From the NCBI GenBank assembly GCA_046563655.1, contig CM102285.1:4526001-4590000 (forward strand): DNA of 64,000 nt. The letters run 5' to 3'. Origin of the DNA: Yuukianura sp. NJ FZ-2021. Taxonomy: Eukaryota. How positions within the stretch are numbered: the first letter of the stretch is position 1; every line of letters starts with the position of its first letter. This document shows positions 27,401 through 40,799 of the stretch, in pieces. The position numbers and the translations under genes were made by a program. The notes beneath the pieces were generated by a model, which worked only from the letters and a program-made list of their open reading frames with translations, did no database searches and was not told where the DNA came from.

Positions 27401-30400
27401 CTTCACTAGCGCATTGACCACGGTGGCTTTGATTACGTTAAAATTTTTGCGGCAAACAACAACTAATGCATAGCGTCAACTTCCTATGCGCGATACAGTG
27501 ACAAATATGCATCCCGATTGAATTGTTAAAACGTCTTCACATTTTTCGCATTTTTAATCGGAAAGCGAACCGCTTGCACCACTTCACTAGCGCATAGACC
27601 ACGGTGGCTTTGATTACGTTAAAAAATTTTTGCGGCAAACAACAACTAATGCATAGCGTCAACTTCCTATGCGCGATACAGTGACAAATAAGCATCCCGA
27701 TTGAATTGTTAAAACGTCTTCACATTTTTCGCATTTTTAATCGGAAAGCGAACCGCTTGCACCACTTCACTAGCGCATAGACCACGGTGGCTTTGATTAC
27801 GTTAAAAAATTTTGCGGCAAACAACAACTAATGCATAGCGTCAACTTCCTATGCGCGATACAGTGACAAATATGCATCCCGATTGAATTGTTAAAACGTC
27901 TTCACATTTTTCGCATTTTTAATCGGAAAGCGAACCGCTTGCACCACTTCACTAAGGCGTAGACCACGGTGGCTTTGATTACGTTAAAAATTTTTGCGGC
28001 AAACAACAACTAATGCATAGCGTCAACTTCCTATGCGCGATACAGTGACAAATAAGCATCCCGATTGAATTGTTAAAACGTCTTCACATTTTTCGCATTT
28101 TTAATCGGAAAGCGAACCGCTTGCACCACTTCACTAGCGCATAGACCACGGTGGCTTTGATTACGTTAAAAAATTTTGCGGCAAACAACAACTAATGCAT
28201 AGCGTCAACTTCCTATGCGCGATACAGTGACAAATATGCATCCCGATTGAATTGTTAAAACGTCTTCACATTTTTCGCATTTTTAATCGGAAAGCGAACC
28301 GCTTGCACCACTTCACTAAGGCGTAGACCACGGTGGCTTTGATTACGTTAAAAATTTTTGCGGCAAACAACAACTAATGCATAGCGTCAACTTCCTATGC
28401 GCGATACAGTGACAAATAAGCATCCCGATTGAATTGTTAAAACGTCTTCACATTTTTCGCATTTTTAATCGGAAAGCGAACCGCTTGCACCACTTCACTA
28501 GCGCATAGACCACGGTGGCTTTGATTACGTTAAAAAATTTTGCGGCAAACAACAACTAATGCATAGCGTCAACTTCCTATGCGCGATACAGTGACAAATA
28601 TGCATCCCGATTGAATTGTTAAAACGTCTTCACATTTTTCGCATTTTTAATCGGAAAGCGAACCGCTTGCACCACTTCACTAAGGCGTAGACCACGGTGG
28701 CTTTGATTACGTTAAAAATTTTTGCGGCAAACAACAACTAATGCATAGCGTCAACTTCCTATGCGCGATACAGTGACAAATATGCATCCCGATTGAATTG
28801 TTAAAACGTCTTCACATTTTTCGCATTTTTAATCGGAAAGCGAACCGCTTGCACCACTTCACTAGCGCGTAAACCACGGTGGCTTTGATTACTTAAAAAT
28901 TTTTGCGGCAAACAACAACTAATGCACAGCGTCAACTTCCTATGCGCGATACAGTGACAAATCTGCATCCCGATTGAATTGTTAAAACGTCTTCACATTT
29001 TTCGCATTTTTAATCGGAAAGCGAACCGCTTGCACCACTTCACTAAGGCGTAGACCACGGTGGCTTTGATTACGTTAAAAATTTTTGCGGCAAACAACAA
29101 CTAATGCATAGCGTCAACTTCCTATGCGCGATACAGTGACAAATATGCATCCCGATTGAATTGTTAAAACGTCTTCACATTTTTCGCATTTTTAATCGGA
29201 AAGCGAACCGCTTGCACCACTTCACTAGCGCATAGACCACGGTGGCTTTGATTACGTTAAAATTTTTTGTGGCAAACAACAACTAAGGCATAGCGTCAAC
29301 TTCCTATGCGCGATACAGTGACAAATATGCATCCCGATTGAATTGTTAAAACGTCTTCACATTTTTCGCATTTTTAATCGGAAAGCGAACCGCTTGCACC
29401 ACTTCACTAGCGCATAGACCACGGTGGCTTTGATTACGTTAAAAAATTTTTGCGGCAAACAACAACTAATGCATAGCGTCAACTTCCTATGCGCGATACA
29501 GTGACAAATATGCATCCCGATTGAATTGTTAAAACGTCTTCACATTTTTCGCATTTTTAATCGGAATGCGAACCGCTTGCACCACTTCACTAGCGCATTG
29601 ACCACGGTGGCTTTGATTACGTTAAAATTTTTGCGGCAAACAACAACTAATGCATAGCGTCAACTTCCTATGCGCGATACAGTGACAAATATGCATCCCG
29701 ATTGAATTGTTAAAACGTCTTCACATTTTTCGCATTTTTAATCGGAAAGCGAACCGCTTGCACCACTTCACTAGCGCATAGACCACGGTGGCTTTGATTA
29801 CGTTAAAAAATTTTTGCGGCAAACAACAACTAATGCATAGCGTCAACTTCCTATGCGCGATACAGTGACAAATAAGCATCCCGATTGAATTGTTAAAACG
29901 TCTTCACATTTTTCGCATTTTTAATCGGAAAGCGAACCGCTTGCACCACTTCACTAGCGCATAGACCACGGTGGCTTTGATTACGTTAAAAAATTTTGCG
30001 GCAAACAACAACTAATGCATAGCGTCAACTTCCTATGCGCGATACAGTGACAAATATGCATCCCGATTGAATTGTTAAAACGTCTTCACATTTTTCGCAT
30101 TTTTAATCGGAAAGCGAACCGCTTGCACCACTTCACTAAGGCGTAGACCACGGTGGCTTTGATTACGTTAAAAATTTTTGCGGCAAACAACAACTAATGC
30201 ATAGCGTCAACTTCCTATGCGCGATACAGTGACAAATAAGCATCCCGATTGAATTGTTAAAACGTCTTCACATTTTTCGCATTTTTAATCGGAAAGCGAA
30301 CCGCTTGCACCACTTCACTAGCGCATAGACCACGGTGGCTTTGATTACGTTAAAAAATTTTGCGGCAAACAACAACTAATGCATAGCGTCAACTTCCTAT

Positions 30401-33400
30401 GCGCGATACAGTGACAAATATGCATCCCGATTGAATTGTTAAAACGTCTTCACATTTTTCGCATTTTTAATCGGAAAGCGAACCGCTTGCACCACTTCAC
30501 TAAGGCGTAGACCACGGTGGCTTTGATTACGTTAAAAATTTTTGCGGCAAACAACAACTAATGCATAGCGTCAACTTCCTATGCGCGATACAGTGACAAA
30601 TATGCATCCCGATTGAATTGTTAAAACGTCTTCACATTTTTCGCATTTTTAATCGGAAAGCGAACCGCTTGCACCACTTCACTAGCGCGTAAACCACGGT
30701 GGCTTTGATTACGTTAAAATTTTTGCGGCAAACAACAACTAATGCACAGCGTCAACTTCCTATGCGCGATACAGTGACAAATCTGCATCCCGATTGAATT
30801 GTTAAAACGTCTTCACATTTTTCGTATTTTTAATCGGAAAGCGAACCGCTTGCACCACTTCACTAGCGCATAGACCACGGTGGCTTTGATTACGTTAAAA
30901 TTTTTTGCGGCAAACAACAACTAATGCATAGCGTCAACTTCCTATGCGCGATACAGTGACAAATAAGCATCCCGATTGAATTGTTAAAACGTCTTCACAT
31001 TTTTCGCATTTTTAATCGGAAAGCGAACCGCTTGCACCACTTCACTAGCGCATAGACCACGGTGGCTTTGATTACGTTAAAAAATTTTGCGGCAAACAAC
31101 AACTAATGCATAGCGTCAACTTCCTATGCGCGATACAGTGACAAATATGCATCCCGATTGAATTGTTAAAACGTCTTCACATTTTTCGCATTTTTAATCG
31201 GAAAGCGAACCGCTTGCACCACTTCACTAAGGCGTAGACCACGGTGGCTTTGATTACGTTAAAAATTTTTGCGGCAAACAACAACTAATGCATAGCGTCA
31301 ACTTCCTATGCGCGATACAGTGACAAATATGCATCCCGATTGAATTGTTAAAACGTCTTCACATTTTTCGCATTTTTAATCGGAAAGCGAACCGCTTGCA
31401 CCACTTCACTAGCGCATAGACCACGGTGGCTTTGATTACGTTAAAATTTTTGCGGCAAACAACAACTAATGCACAGCGTCAACTTCCTATGCGCGATACA
31501 GTGACAAATCTGCATCCCGATTGAATTGTTAAAACGTCTTCACATTTTTCGTATTTTTAATCGGAAAGCGAACCGCTTGCACCACTTCACTAGCGCATAG
31601 ACCACGGTGGCTTTGATTACGTTAAAATTTTTTTGCGGCAAACAACAACTAAGGCATAGCGTCAACTTCCTATGCGCGATACAGTGACAAATAAGCATCC
31701 CGATTGAATTGTTAAAACGTCTTCACATTTTTCGCATTTTTAATCGGAAAGCGAACCGCTTGCACCACTTCACTAGCGCATAGACCACGGTGGCTTTGAT
31801 TACGTTAAAAAATTTTGCGGCAAACAACAACTAATGCATAGCGTCAACTTCCTATGCGCGATACAGTGACAAATATGCATCCCGATTGAATTGTTAAAAC
31901 GTCTTCACATTTTTCGCATTTTTAATCGGAAAGCGAACCGCTTGCACCACTTCACTAAGGCGTAGACCACGGTGGCTTTGATTACGTTAAAAATTTTTGC
32001 GGCAAACAACAACTAATGCATAGCGTCAACTTCCTATGCGCGATACAGTGACAAATATGCATCCCGATTGAATTGTTAAAACGTCTTCACATTTTTCGCA
32101 TTTTTAATCGGAAAGCGAACCGCTTGCACCACTTCACTAGCGCATAGACCACGGTGGCTTTGATTACGTTAAAATTTTTGCGGCAAACAACAACTAATGC
32201 ACAGCGTCAACTTCCTATGCGCGATACAGTGACAAATCTGCATCCCGATTGAATTGTTAAAACGTCTTCACATTTTTCGTATTTTTAATCGGAAAGCGAA
32301 CCGCTTGCACCACTTCACTAGCGCATAGACCACGGTGGCTTTGATTACGTTAAAATTTTTTTGCGGCAAACAACAACTAAGGCATAGCGTCAACTTCCTA
32401 TGCGCGATACAGTGACAAATAAGCATCCCGATTGAATTGTTAAAACGTCTTCACATTTTTCGCATTTTTAATCGGAAAGCGAACCGCTTGCACCACTTCA
32501 CTAAGGCGTAGACCACGGTGGCTTTGATTACGTTAAAAATTTTTGCGGCAAACAACAACTAATGCATAGCGTCAACTTCCTATGCGCGATACAGTGACAA
32601 ATATGCATCCCGATTGAATTGTTAAAACGTCTTCACATTTTTCGCATTTTTAATCGGAAAGCGAACCGCTTGCACCACTTCACTAGCGCATAGACCACGG
32701 TGGCTTTGATTACGTTAAAATTTTTGCGGCAAACAACAACTAATGCACAGCGTCAACTTCCTATGCGCGATACAGTGACAAATCTGCATCCCGATTGAAT
32801 TGTTAAAACGTCTTCACATTTTTCGTATTTTTAATCGGAAAGCGAACCGCTTGCACCACTTCACTAGCGCATAGACCACGGTGGCTTTGATTACGTTAAA
32901 ATTTTTTTGCGGCAAACAACAACTAAGGCATAGCGTCAACTTCCTATGCGCGATACAGTGACAAATCTGCATCCCGATTGAATTGTTAAAACGTCTTCAC
33001 ATTTTTCGTATTTTTAATCGGAAAGCGAACCGCTTGCACCACTTCACTAGCGCATAGACCACGGTGGCTTTGATTACGTTAAAATTTTTTGCGGCAAACA
33101 ACAACTAAGGCATAGCGTCAACTTCCTATGCGCGATACAGTGACAAATATGCATCCTGATTGAATTGTTAAAACGTCTTCACATTTTTCGCATTTTTAAT
33201 CGGAAAGCGAACCGCTTGCACCACTTCACTAGCGCATAGACCACGGTGGCTTTGATTACGTTAAAATTTTTTGTGGCAAACAACAACTAAGGCATAGCGT
33301 CAACTTCCTATGCGCGATACAGTGACAAATATGCATCCCGATTGAATTGTTAAAACGTCTTCACATTTTTCGCATTTTTAATCGGAAAGCGAACCGCTTG

Positions 33401-36400
33401 CACCACTTCACTAGCGCATAGACCACGGTGGCTTTGATTACGTTAAAAAATTTTTGCGGCAAACAACAACTAATGCATAGCGTCAACTTCCTATGCGCGA
33501 TACAGTGACAAATATGCATCCCGATTGAATTGTTAAAACGTCTTCACATTTTTCGCATTTTTAATCGGAATGCGAACCGCTTGCACCACTTCACTAGCGC
33601 ATTGACCACGGTGGCTTTGATTACGTTAAAATTTTTGCGGCAAACAACAACTAATGCATAGCGTCAACTTCCTATGCGCGATACAGTGACAAATATGCAT
33701 CCCGATTGAATTGTTAAAACGTCTTCACATTTTTCGCATTTTTAATCGGAAAGCGAACCGCTTGCACCACTTCACTAGCGCATAGACCACGGTGGCTTTG
33801 ATTACGTTAAAAAATTTTTGCGGCAAACAACAACTAATGCATAGCGTCAACTTCCTATGCGCGATACAGTGACAAATAAGCATCCCGATTGAATTGTTAA
33901 AACGTCTTCACATTTTTCGCATTTTTAATCGGAAAGCGAACCGCTTGCACCACTTCACTAGCGCATAGACCACGGTGGCTTTGATTACGTTAAAATTTTT
34001 TTGCGGCAAACAACAACTAAGGCATAGCGTCAACTTCCTATGCGCGATACAGTGACAAATAAGCATCCCGATTGAATTGTTAAAACGTCTTCACATTTTT
34101 CGCATTTTTAATCGGAAAGCGAACCGCTTGCACCACTTCACTAAGGCGTAGACCACGGTGGCTTTGATTACGTTAAAAATTTTTGCGGCAAACAACAACT
34201 AATGCATAGCGTCAACTTCCTATGCGCGATACAGTGACAAATATGCATCCCGATTGAATTGTTAAAACGTCTTCACATTTTTCGCATTTTTAATCGGAAA
34301 GCGAACCGCTTGCACCACTTCACTAGCGCATAGACCACGGTGGCTTTGATTACGTTAAAATTTTTGCGGCAAACAACAACTAATGCACAGCGTCAACTTC
34401 CTATGCGCGATACAGTGACAAATCTGCATCCCGATTGAATTGTTAAAACGTCTTCACATTTTTCGTATTTTTAATCGGAAAGCGAACCGCTTGCACCACT
34501 TCACTAGCGCATAGACCACGGTGGCTTTGATTACGTTAAAATTTTTTGCGGCAAACAACAACTAAGGCATAGCGTCAACTTCCTATGCGCGATACAGTGA
34601 CAAATCTGCATCCCGATTGAATTGTTAAAACGTCTTCACATTTTTCGTATTTTTAATCGGAAAGCGAACCGCTTGCACCACTTCACTAGCGCATAGACCA
34701 CGGTGGCTTTGATTACGTTAAAATTTTTTTGCGGCAAACAACAACTAAGGCATAGCGTCAACTTCCTATGCGCGATACAGTGACAAATATGCATCCTGAT
34801 TGAATTGTTAAAACGTCTTCACATTTTTCGCATTTTTAATCGGAAAGCGAACCGCTTGCACCACTTCACTAGCGCATAGACCACGGTGGCTTTGATTACG
34901 TTAAAATTTTTTTGTGGCAAACAACAACTAAGGCATAGCGTCAACTTCCTATGCGCGATACAGTGACAAATATGCATCCCGATTGAATTGTTAAAACGTC
35001 TTCACATTTTTCGCATTTTTAATCGGAAAGCGAACCGCTTGCACCACTTCACTAGCGCATAGACCACGGTGGCTTTGATTACGTTAAAAAATTTTTGCGG
35101 CAAACAACAACTAATGCATAGCGTCAACTTCCTATGCGCGATACAGTGACAAATATGCATCCCGATTGAATTGTTAAAACGTCTTCACATTTTTCGCATT
35201 TTTAATCGGAATGCGAACCGCTTGCACCACTTCACTAGCGCATTGACCACGGTGGCTTTGATTACGTTAAAATTTTTGCGGCAAACAACAACTAATGCAT
35301 AGCGTCAACTTCCTATGCGCGATACAGTGACAAATATGCATCCCGATTGAATTGTTAAAACGTCTTCACATTTTTCGCATTTTTAATCGGAAAGCGAACC
35401 GCTTGCACCACTTCACTAGCGCATAGACCACGGTGGCTTTGATTACGTTAAAAAATTTTTGCGGCAAACAACAACTAATGCATAGCGTCAACTTCCTATG
35501 CGCGATACAGTGACAAATAAGCATCCCGATTGAATTGTTAAAACGTCTTCACATTTTTCGCATTTTTAATCGGAAAGCGAACCGCTTGCACCACTTCACT
35601 AGCGCATAGACCACGGTGGCTTTGATTACGTTAAAAAATTTTGCGGCAAACAACTAATGCATAGCGTCAACTTCCTATGCGCGATACAGTGACAAATATG
35701 CATCCCGATTGAATTGTTAAAACGTCTTCACATTTTTCGCATTTTTAATCGGAAAGCGAACCGCTTGCACCACTTCACTAAGGCGTAGACCACGGTGGCT
35801 TTGATTACGTTAAAAATTTTTGCGGCAAACAACAACTAATGCATAGCGTCAACTTCCTATGCGCGATACAGTGACAAATAAGCATCCCGATTGAATTGTT
35901 AAAACGTCTTCACATTTTTCGCATTTTTAATCGGAAAGCGAACCGCTTGCACCACTTCACTAGCGCATAGACCACGGTGGCTTTGATTACGTTAAAAAAT
36001 TTTGCGGCAAACAACAACTAATGCATAGCGTCAACTTCCTATGCGCGATACAGTGACAAATATGCATCCCGATTGAATTGTTAAAACGTCTTCACATTTT
36101 TCGCATTTTTAATCGGAAAGCGAACCGCTTGCACCACTTCACTAAGGCGTAGACCACGGTGGCTTTGATTACGTTAAAAATTTTTGCGGCAAACAACAAC
36201 TAATGCATAGCGTCAACTTCCTATGCGCGATACAGTGACAAATATGCATCCCGATTGAATTGTTAAAACGTCTTCACATTTTTCGCATTTTTAATCGGAA
36301 AGCGAACCGCTTGCACCACTTCACTAGCGCGTAAACCACGGTGGCTTTGATTACGTAAAAATTTTTGCGGCAAACAACAACTAATGCACAGCGTCAACTT

Positions 36401-37928
36401 CCTATGCGCGATACAGTGACAAATCTGCATCCCGATTGAATTGTTAAAACGTCTTCACATTTTTCGTATTTTTAATCGGAAAGCGAACCGCTTGCACCAC
36501 TTCACTAGCGCATAGACCACAGTGGCTTTGATTACGTTAAAATTTTTTTGCGGCAAACAACAACTAATGCATAGCGTCAACTTCCTATGCGCGATACAGT
36601 GACAAATAAGCATCCCGATTGTATTGTTAAAACGTCTTCACATTTTTCGCATTTTTAATCGGAAAGCGAACCGCTTGCACCACTTCACTAGCGCATAGAC
36701 CACGGTGGCTTTGATTACGTTAACAAATTTTGCGGCAAACAACAACTAATGCATAGCGTCAACTTCCTATGCGCGATACAGTGACAAATATGCATCCCGA
36801 TTGAATTGTTAAAACGTCTTCACATTTTTCGCATTTTTAATCGGAAAGCGAACCGCTTGCACCACTTCACTAAGGCGTAGACCACGGTGGCTTTGATTAC
36901 GTTAAAAATTTTTGCGGCAAACAACAACTAATGCATAGCGTCAACTTCCTATGCGCGATACAGTGACAAATATGCATCCCGATTGAATTGTTAAAACGTC
37001 TTCACATTTTTCGCATTTTTAATCGGAAAGCGAACCGCTTGCACCACTTCACTAGCGCATAGACCACGGTGGCTTTGATTACGTTAAAATTTTTGCGGCA
37101 AACAACAACTAATGCACAGCGTCAACTTCCTATGCGCGATACAGTGACAAATCTGCATCCCGATTGAATTGTTAAAACGTCTTCACATTTTTCGTATTTT
37201 TAATCGGAAAGCGAACCGCTTGCACCACTTCACTAGCGCATAGACCACGGTGGCTTTGATTACGTTAAAATTTTTTTGCGGCAAACAACAACTAAGGCAT
37301 AGCGTCAACTTCCTATGCGCGATACAGTGACAAATATGCATCCTGATTGAATTGTTAAAACGTCTTCACATTTTTCGCATTTTTAATCGGAAAGCGAACC
37401 GCTTGCACCACTTCACTAGCGCATAGACCACGGTGGCTTTGATTACGTTAAAAATTTTTGCGGCAAACAACAACTAATGCATAGCGTCAACTTCCTATGC
37501 GCGATACAGTGACAAATATGCATCCCGATTGAATTGTTAAAACGTCTTCACATTTTTCCTATTTTTAATCGGAAAGCGAACCGCTTGCAGCACTTCACTT
37601 GCGCATAGACCACGGTGGCTTTGATTACGTTAAAAAATTTTGCGGCAAACAACAACTAATGCATAGCGTCAACTTCCTATGCGCGATACAGTGACAAATA
37701 TGCATCCCGATTGAATTGTTAAAACGTCTTCACATTTTTCGCATTTTTAATCGGAAAGCGAACCGCTTGCACCACTTCACTAGCGCATAGACCACGGTGG
37801 CTTTGATTACGTTAAAAATTTTTTGCGGCAAACAACAACTAATGCATAGCGGCAACTTCCTACGCGCGATACAGTGACAAATGATCATCCCGATTGAATT
37901 GATATATCGTCTTCACATTTTTCGCATT

Positions 37929-38340
37929 TGTGAAAATTTAATACTCGCGCTAGGCAATATTTGGTTTGAATCATTGCGACGCCACAACAACGGTATTTAG
38001 ACATGCCTATGCATTCCGCTAAAGCGAATTATAACTACTCGACGAATGCTTCAATACATGATAGAACAAGAACCTGGTTTTGAGGATGTCACTACAACAT
38101 TTTGTAACATAATGTACGAAAGGAAACACTTGTGAAAATTTAGTACTCGCTTGGCAAAGTTTGGTGTGAAACATGGCGACGCCACGACGGTATTTAGCCA
38201 TACCTATGCATCCCGCTAAAGCGAACTAACTACTCAAAGAATGCTTCGATGCATGATAGAGCGAGAATCTGGTTCTGAAGATGTAACTACTATACATGCT
38301 GTAACATAATGTATGAAGGCAAATATTTGTGAAATTTAAG
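37929..38340. repeat. Two diverged ~200 bp tandem units directly abutting satellite A
   Basis: TGTGAAAATTTA(A/G)TACTCGC...GCGACGCCAC...CCTATGCAT...CCGCTAAAGCGAA...GTAACATAATGTA starts at ~37,929 and ~38,131, with a third start near 38,328. Confidence 0.8.
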
Positions 38341-38652
38341 TCAAAATGGCAACAATGTGAGTAAAATAGTTAACATCTTTTTACCGCCTGTTGTTTGACC
38401 CATTTGACCTTGGAGGTGATTTGCTATATCGTTTTGTAAAGTAGAGGATAGACAATAAGGAAGAGAAGGTGACAGTGATTTGGTTTAACGTTATTTTGTT
38501 TCTAAACAAACTTCCAAAGGAGGACAGATAGCCACTTTATGATTTATGTCGATTAGCAACACCAGGATATTTTCTGAAGTTCCGTTTGCTTACTTTTCCA
38601 GGAACCGCATTCAAATAATTAGATAATATTTAAATTCGTGAATTTTTCCAAC

Positions 38653-39911
38653 TCATGCATATGCAACGAGAAGGTTCACAACAGTATCCATTACAACGTT
38701 CTGCATGATGGTGGGAAAACTCTTTGTTTAGTGTAAAGGAACTCCCTATTTTCCATCTTATTGATCGATAAGACTGGAACTGTAACGTATCCAAAAGATC
38801 AAAGGTCAGAGCTGCTCTGGTATACTGCAGTTGGATGTAGTTTTCTGAATTCAATGTGGTTTCTACTGCAAGTTTAATTGAATACTGCAGCACAATTGCC
38901 ACATCAGCCGAAATAAAAATGCCACACACCAATATAAGAAAAGGAGCATTGGAACTGAATTTGACAGATCCAAAAATGATGATAATCAACATAGCTTCTG
39001 TGGAGGGGATCACGAAAGGTTGTATGTGATTTACCGCAATTTTCGTTGCCATAGTGTGCATGATTTTTTGCATTCTATAGTCCATGTGAAGCGACTGCTT
39101 CTCGTCTGCTGGAACCGCACATTCATCGTACGCTGTCCAAATGCCATGATTACGTCGCTGCCAACCAGACATCCCACTAGTGTGGATCAAGATTGAAAAG
39201 CAACAAGTAAGGACATGCGTAAAGTTGACCATGCCAGAGCCAATCAAAAAGAATGTTATGACAGCATCGAGCAAAATGCTATTTGCACTCAGCAAGCGTA
39301 GTCCAAAAAGTTGGAGCTGCATTCCGGCAAATATAGCCGGGATGGCAATCATCATGGCCGAAGCAGCCAGAATCATGAGGATCCACATCGTTAATTCTAT
39401 GCGCCCGACGTCTTTGAATATTTTATCTTGAGGACAAAACCCCGCTGAGAAAGGAGTAAAAACGAAATGAACAAAAAGGAAACAAATTTGAAACACATGC
39501 CGTACATTAATTTCGCACAAAAAAGAGTATGTGCTATAATTGGAATTGGATAAACTTACTTTTGGTGTGAGCAATATATATGTATGTATTGAAAAGTTCT
39601 GGAATTTCATCCGCGAAAATAATCGCGCCGAAAATAATAGAAAGCGACATACAGTAAGCAAAGGCAATGAAAATGGGAACGTACATTTCTCCGGGTTGTT
39701 GTTCCGGAAATGCTTGTATTTTGTAAAACATGTAAAAGATCACAAGGATGTCACACATGCAGGCGAGAGACAGAGACAGGAAATGCCATTTCCACCTCTT
39801 ACGGGTCGTTCGCGCATTGATAAATTTTCCCTGGTTTGCGTCCAATAATGCCGATGTTTGGAACAGCCATCCCGAAAATGTTTGACTCCAAATTAAAGGC
39901 CGGATAAGCAT
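38653..39911 (-). pseudogene. Multi-pass membrane protein, chemoreceptor (GR/OR superfamily)-like, with apparent frameshift near the C-terminus; exons 39911-39560 and 39444-38653
   Basis: Two hydrophobic ORFs join in frame across a GTAAG...TTCTCAG phase-1 intron, giving ~380 aa with multiple TM-like segments. After FTLNKE (~38,720) the frame turns hydrophilic, while a shifted frame reads FPTIMQNVVMDTVVNLLVAYA*. Confidence 0.65.
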
Positions 39912-40705
39912 TTTGTTTCACAGTTTCGTTTGACGGCAATACTTCCGTCTTTGGAATTAGAATTTAGGAAACGGCCAAGGAGGAAGAGATTTTCTAAGGA
40001 TTAGCAATGCGTGTTTCGTGTTGAGATGCTTGTGTTCGTTTGAGACAATCGAGAAAACTTTGTTTAACTTTGACAAGATACCAAAACAATTTATTTTTTA
40101 AAACTGGTCAATCTAATTAGAGCAATCAAGTTTCTCATACTAAAAAGATGGCCGAATTTACCTAATTTTGAATTTGGTTTCATCAACTTTCTTCTTAAAA
40201 AAACTGTAATTGGAAATATGAGTTGGAAATGCTGGGAAAAAATGCTGCTTAAATTCGCATGTTATTTCGCCTTCATTAGTGCCTTTCGTTTAATAAAATT
40301 TTAAACTCGTCTCAAATGTTGTCGCTTGTTTGTCGTACGCGATAGTGACTACCGTCAAACCTTTTTTCCGTTTACAAATGCATGTTTTATACGTCTAAAA
40401 TGTTCCAAGAAAATGAAGAATTGTAAACGGATATCATAAAATGAATAAATATGGAATTATTGCCTCTCCTTTATTTTATAGCCCCACCACTTAACAACAA
40501 ATTAAATCAAACGACTAACTAGTATTATAATATATCCGTACGTTCTCCGCGAGGTCAAAGCATTACCGGATTCTAAACAAAAACATTCATGCCAACCCAA
40601 ATAGCATCGTATTGCAGCATTAATACTGGTCACCTTTATTAAGCTTTTAAGTGACATTAGTGGTAGCCTTCTTCGGTGGGCTTAGTAGTCTTGAATTATT
40701 AAAGA

Positions 40706-40790
40706 AACAAGGTAGGGCGATGCTCAAGGGTTGAGCATAGGTCTTCCGGAAGGAATAGACAATTGATACGACTTAGATCGGCCAGGCGTT
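40706..40790 (-). mobile_element. 3' terminus of a related HINE-like element in reverse orientation
   Basis: The reverse complement reads GTCGTATCAATTGTCTATTCCTTCCGGAAGACCTATGCTCAACCCTTGAGCATCGCCCTACCTTGTTT, the same hairpin and tail as the array element. Confidence 0.8.
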
Positions 40791-40799
40791 TTTTGAGGC

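Larger units (their letters stand above)
271..37929. repeat. Satellite A: tandem array of 181-183 bp monomers (~165 copies by length), interrupted by HINE-like elements up to 18,459
   Basis: The monomer AATCGGAAAGCGAACCGCTTGCACC...CACATTTTTCGCATTTTT recurs at 272, 453, 635, 818 and onward. Length variation is mostly in the internal A/T run. The array is uninterrupted from 18,460 to ~37,929 (~107 units), and the last units are degenerate. Confidence 0.98.

Noticed and set aside
271..37929. CRISPR-like or bacterial repeat interpretation
   Set aside because: Units are contiguous near-identical 182-mers with no unique spacers, there are no cas genes, and the context is intron-containing eukaryotic DNA.
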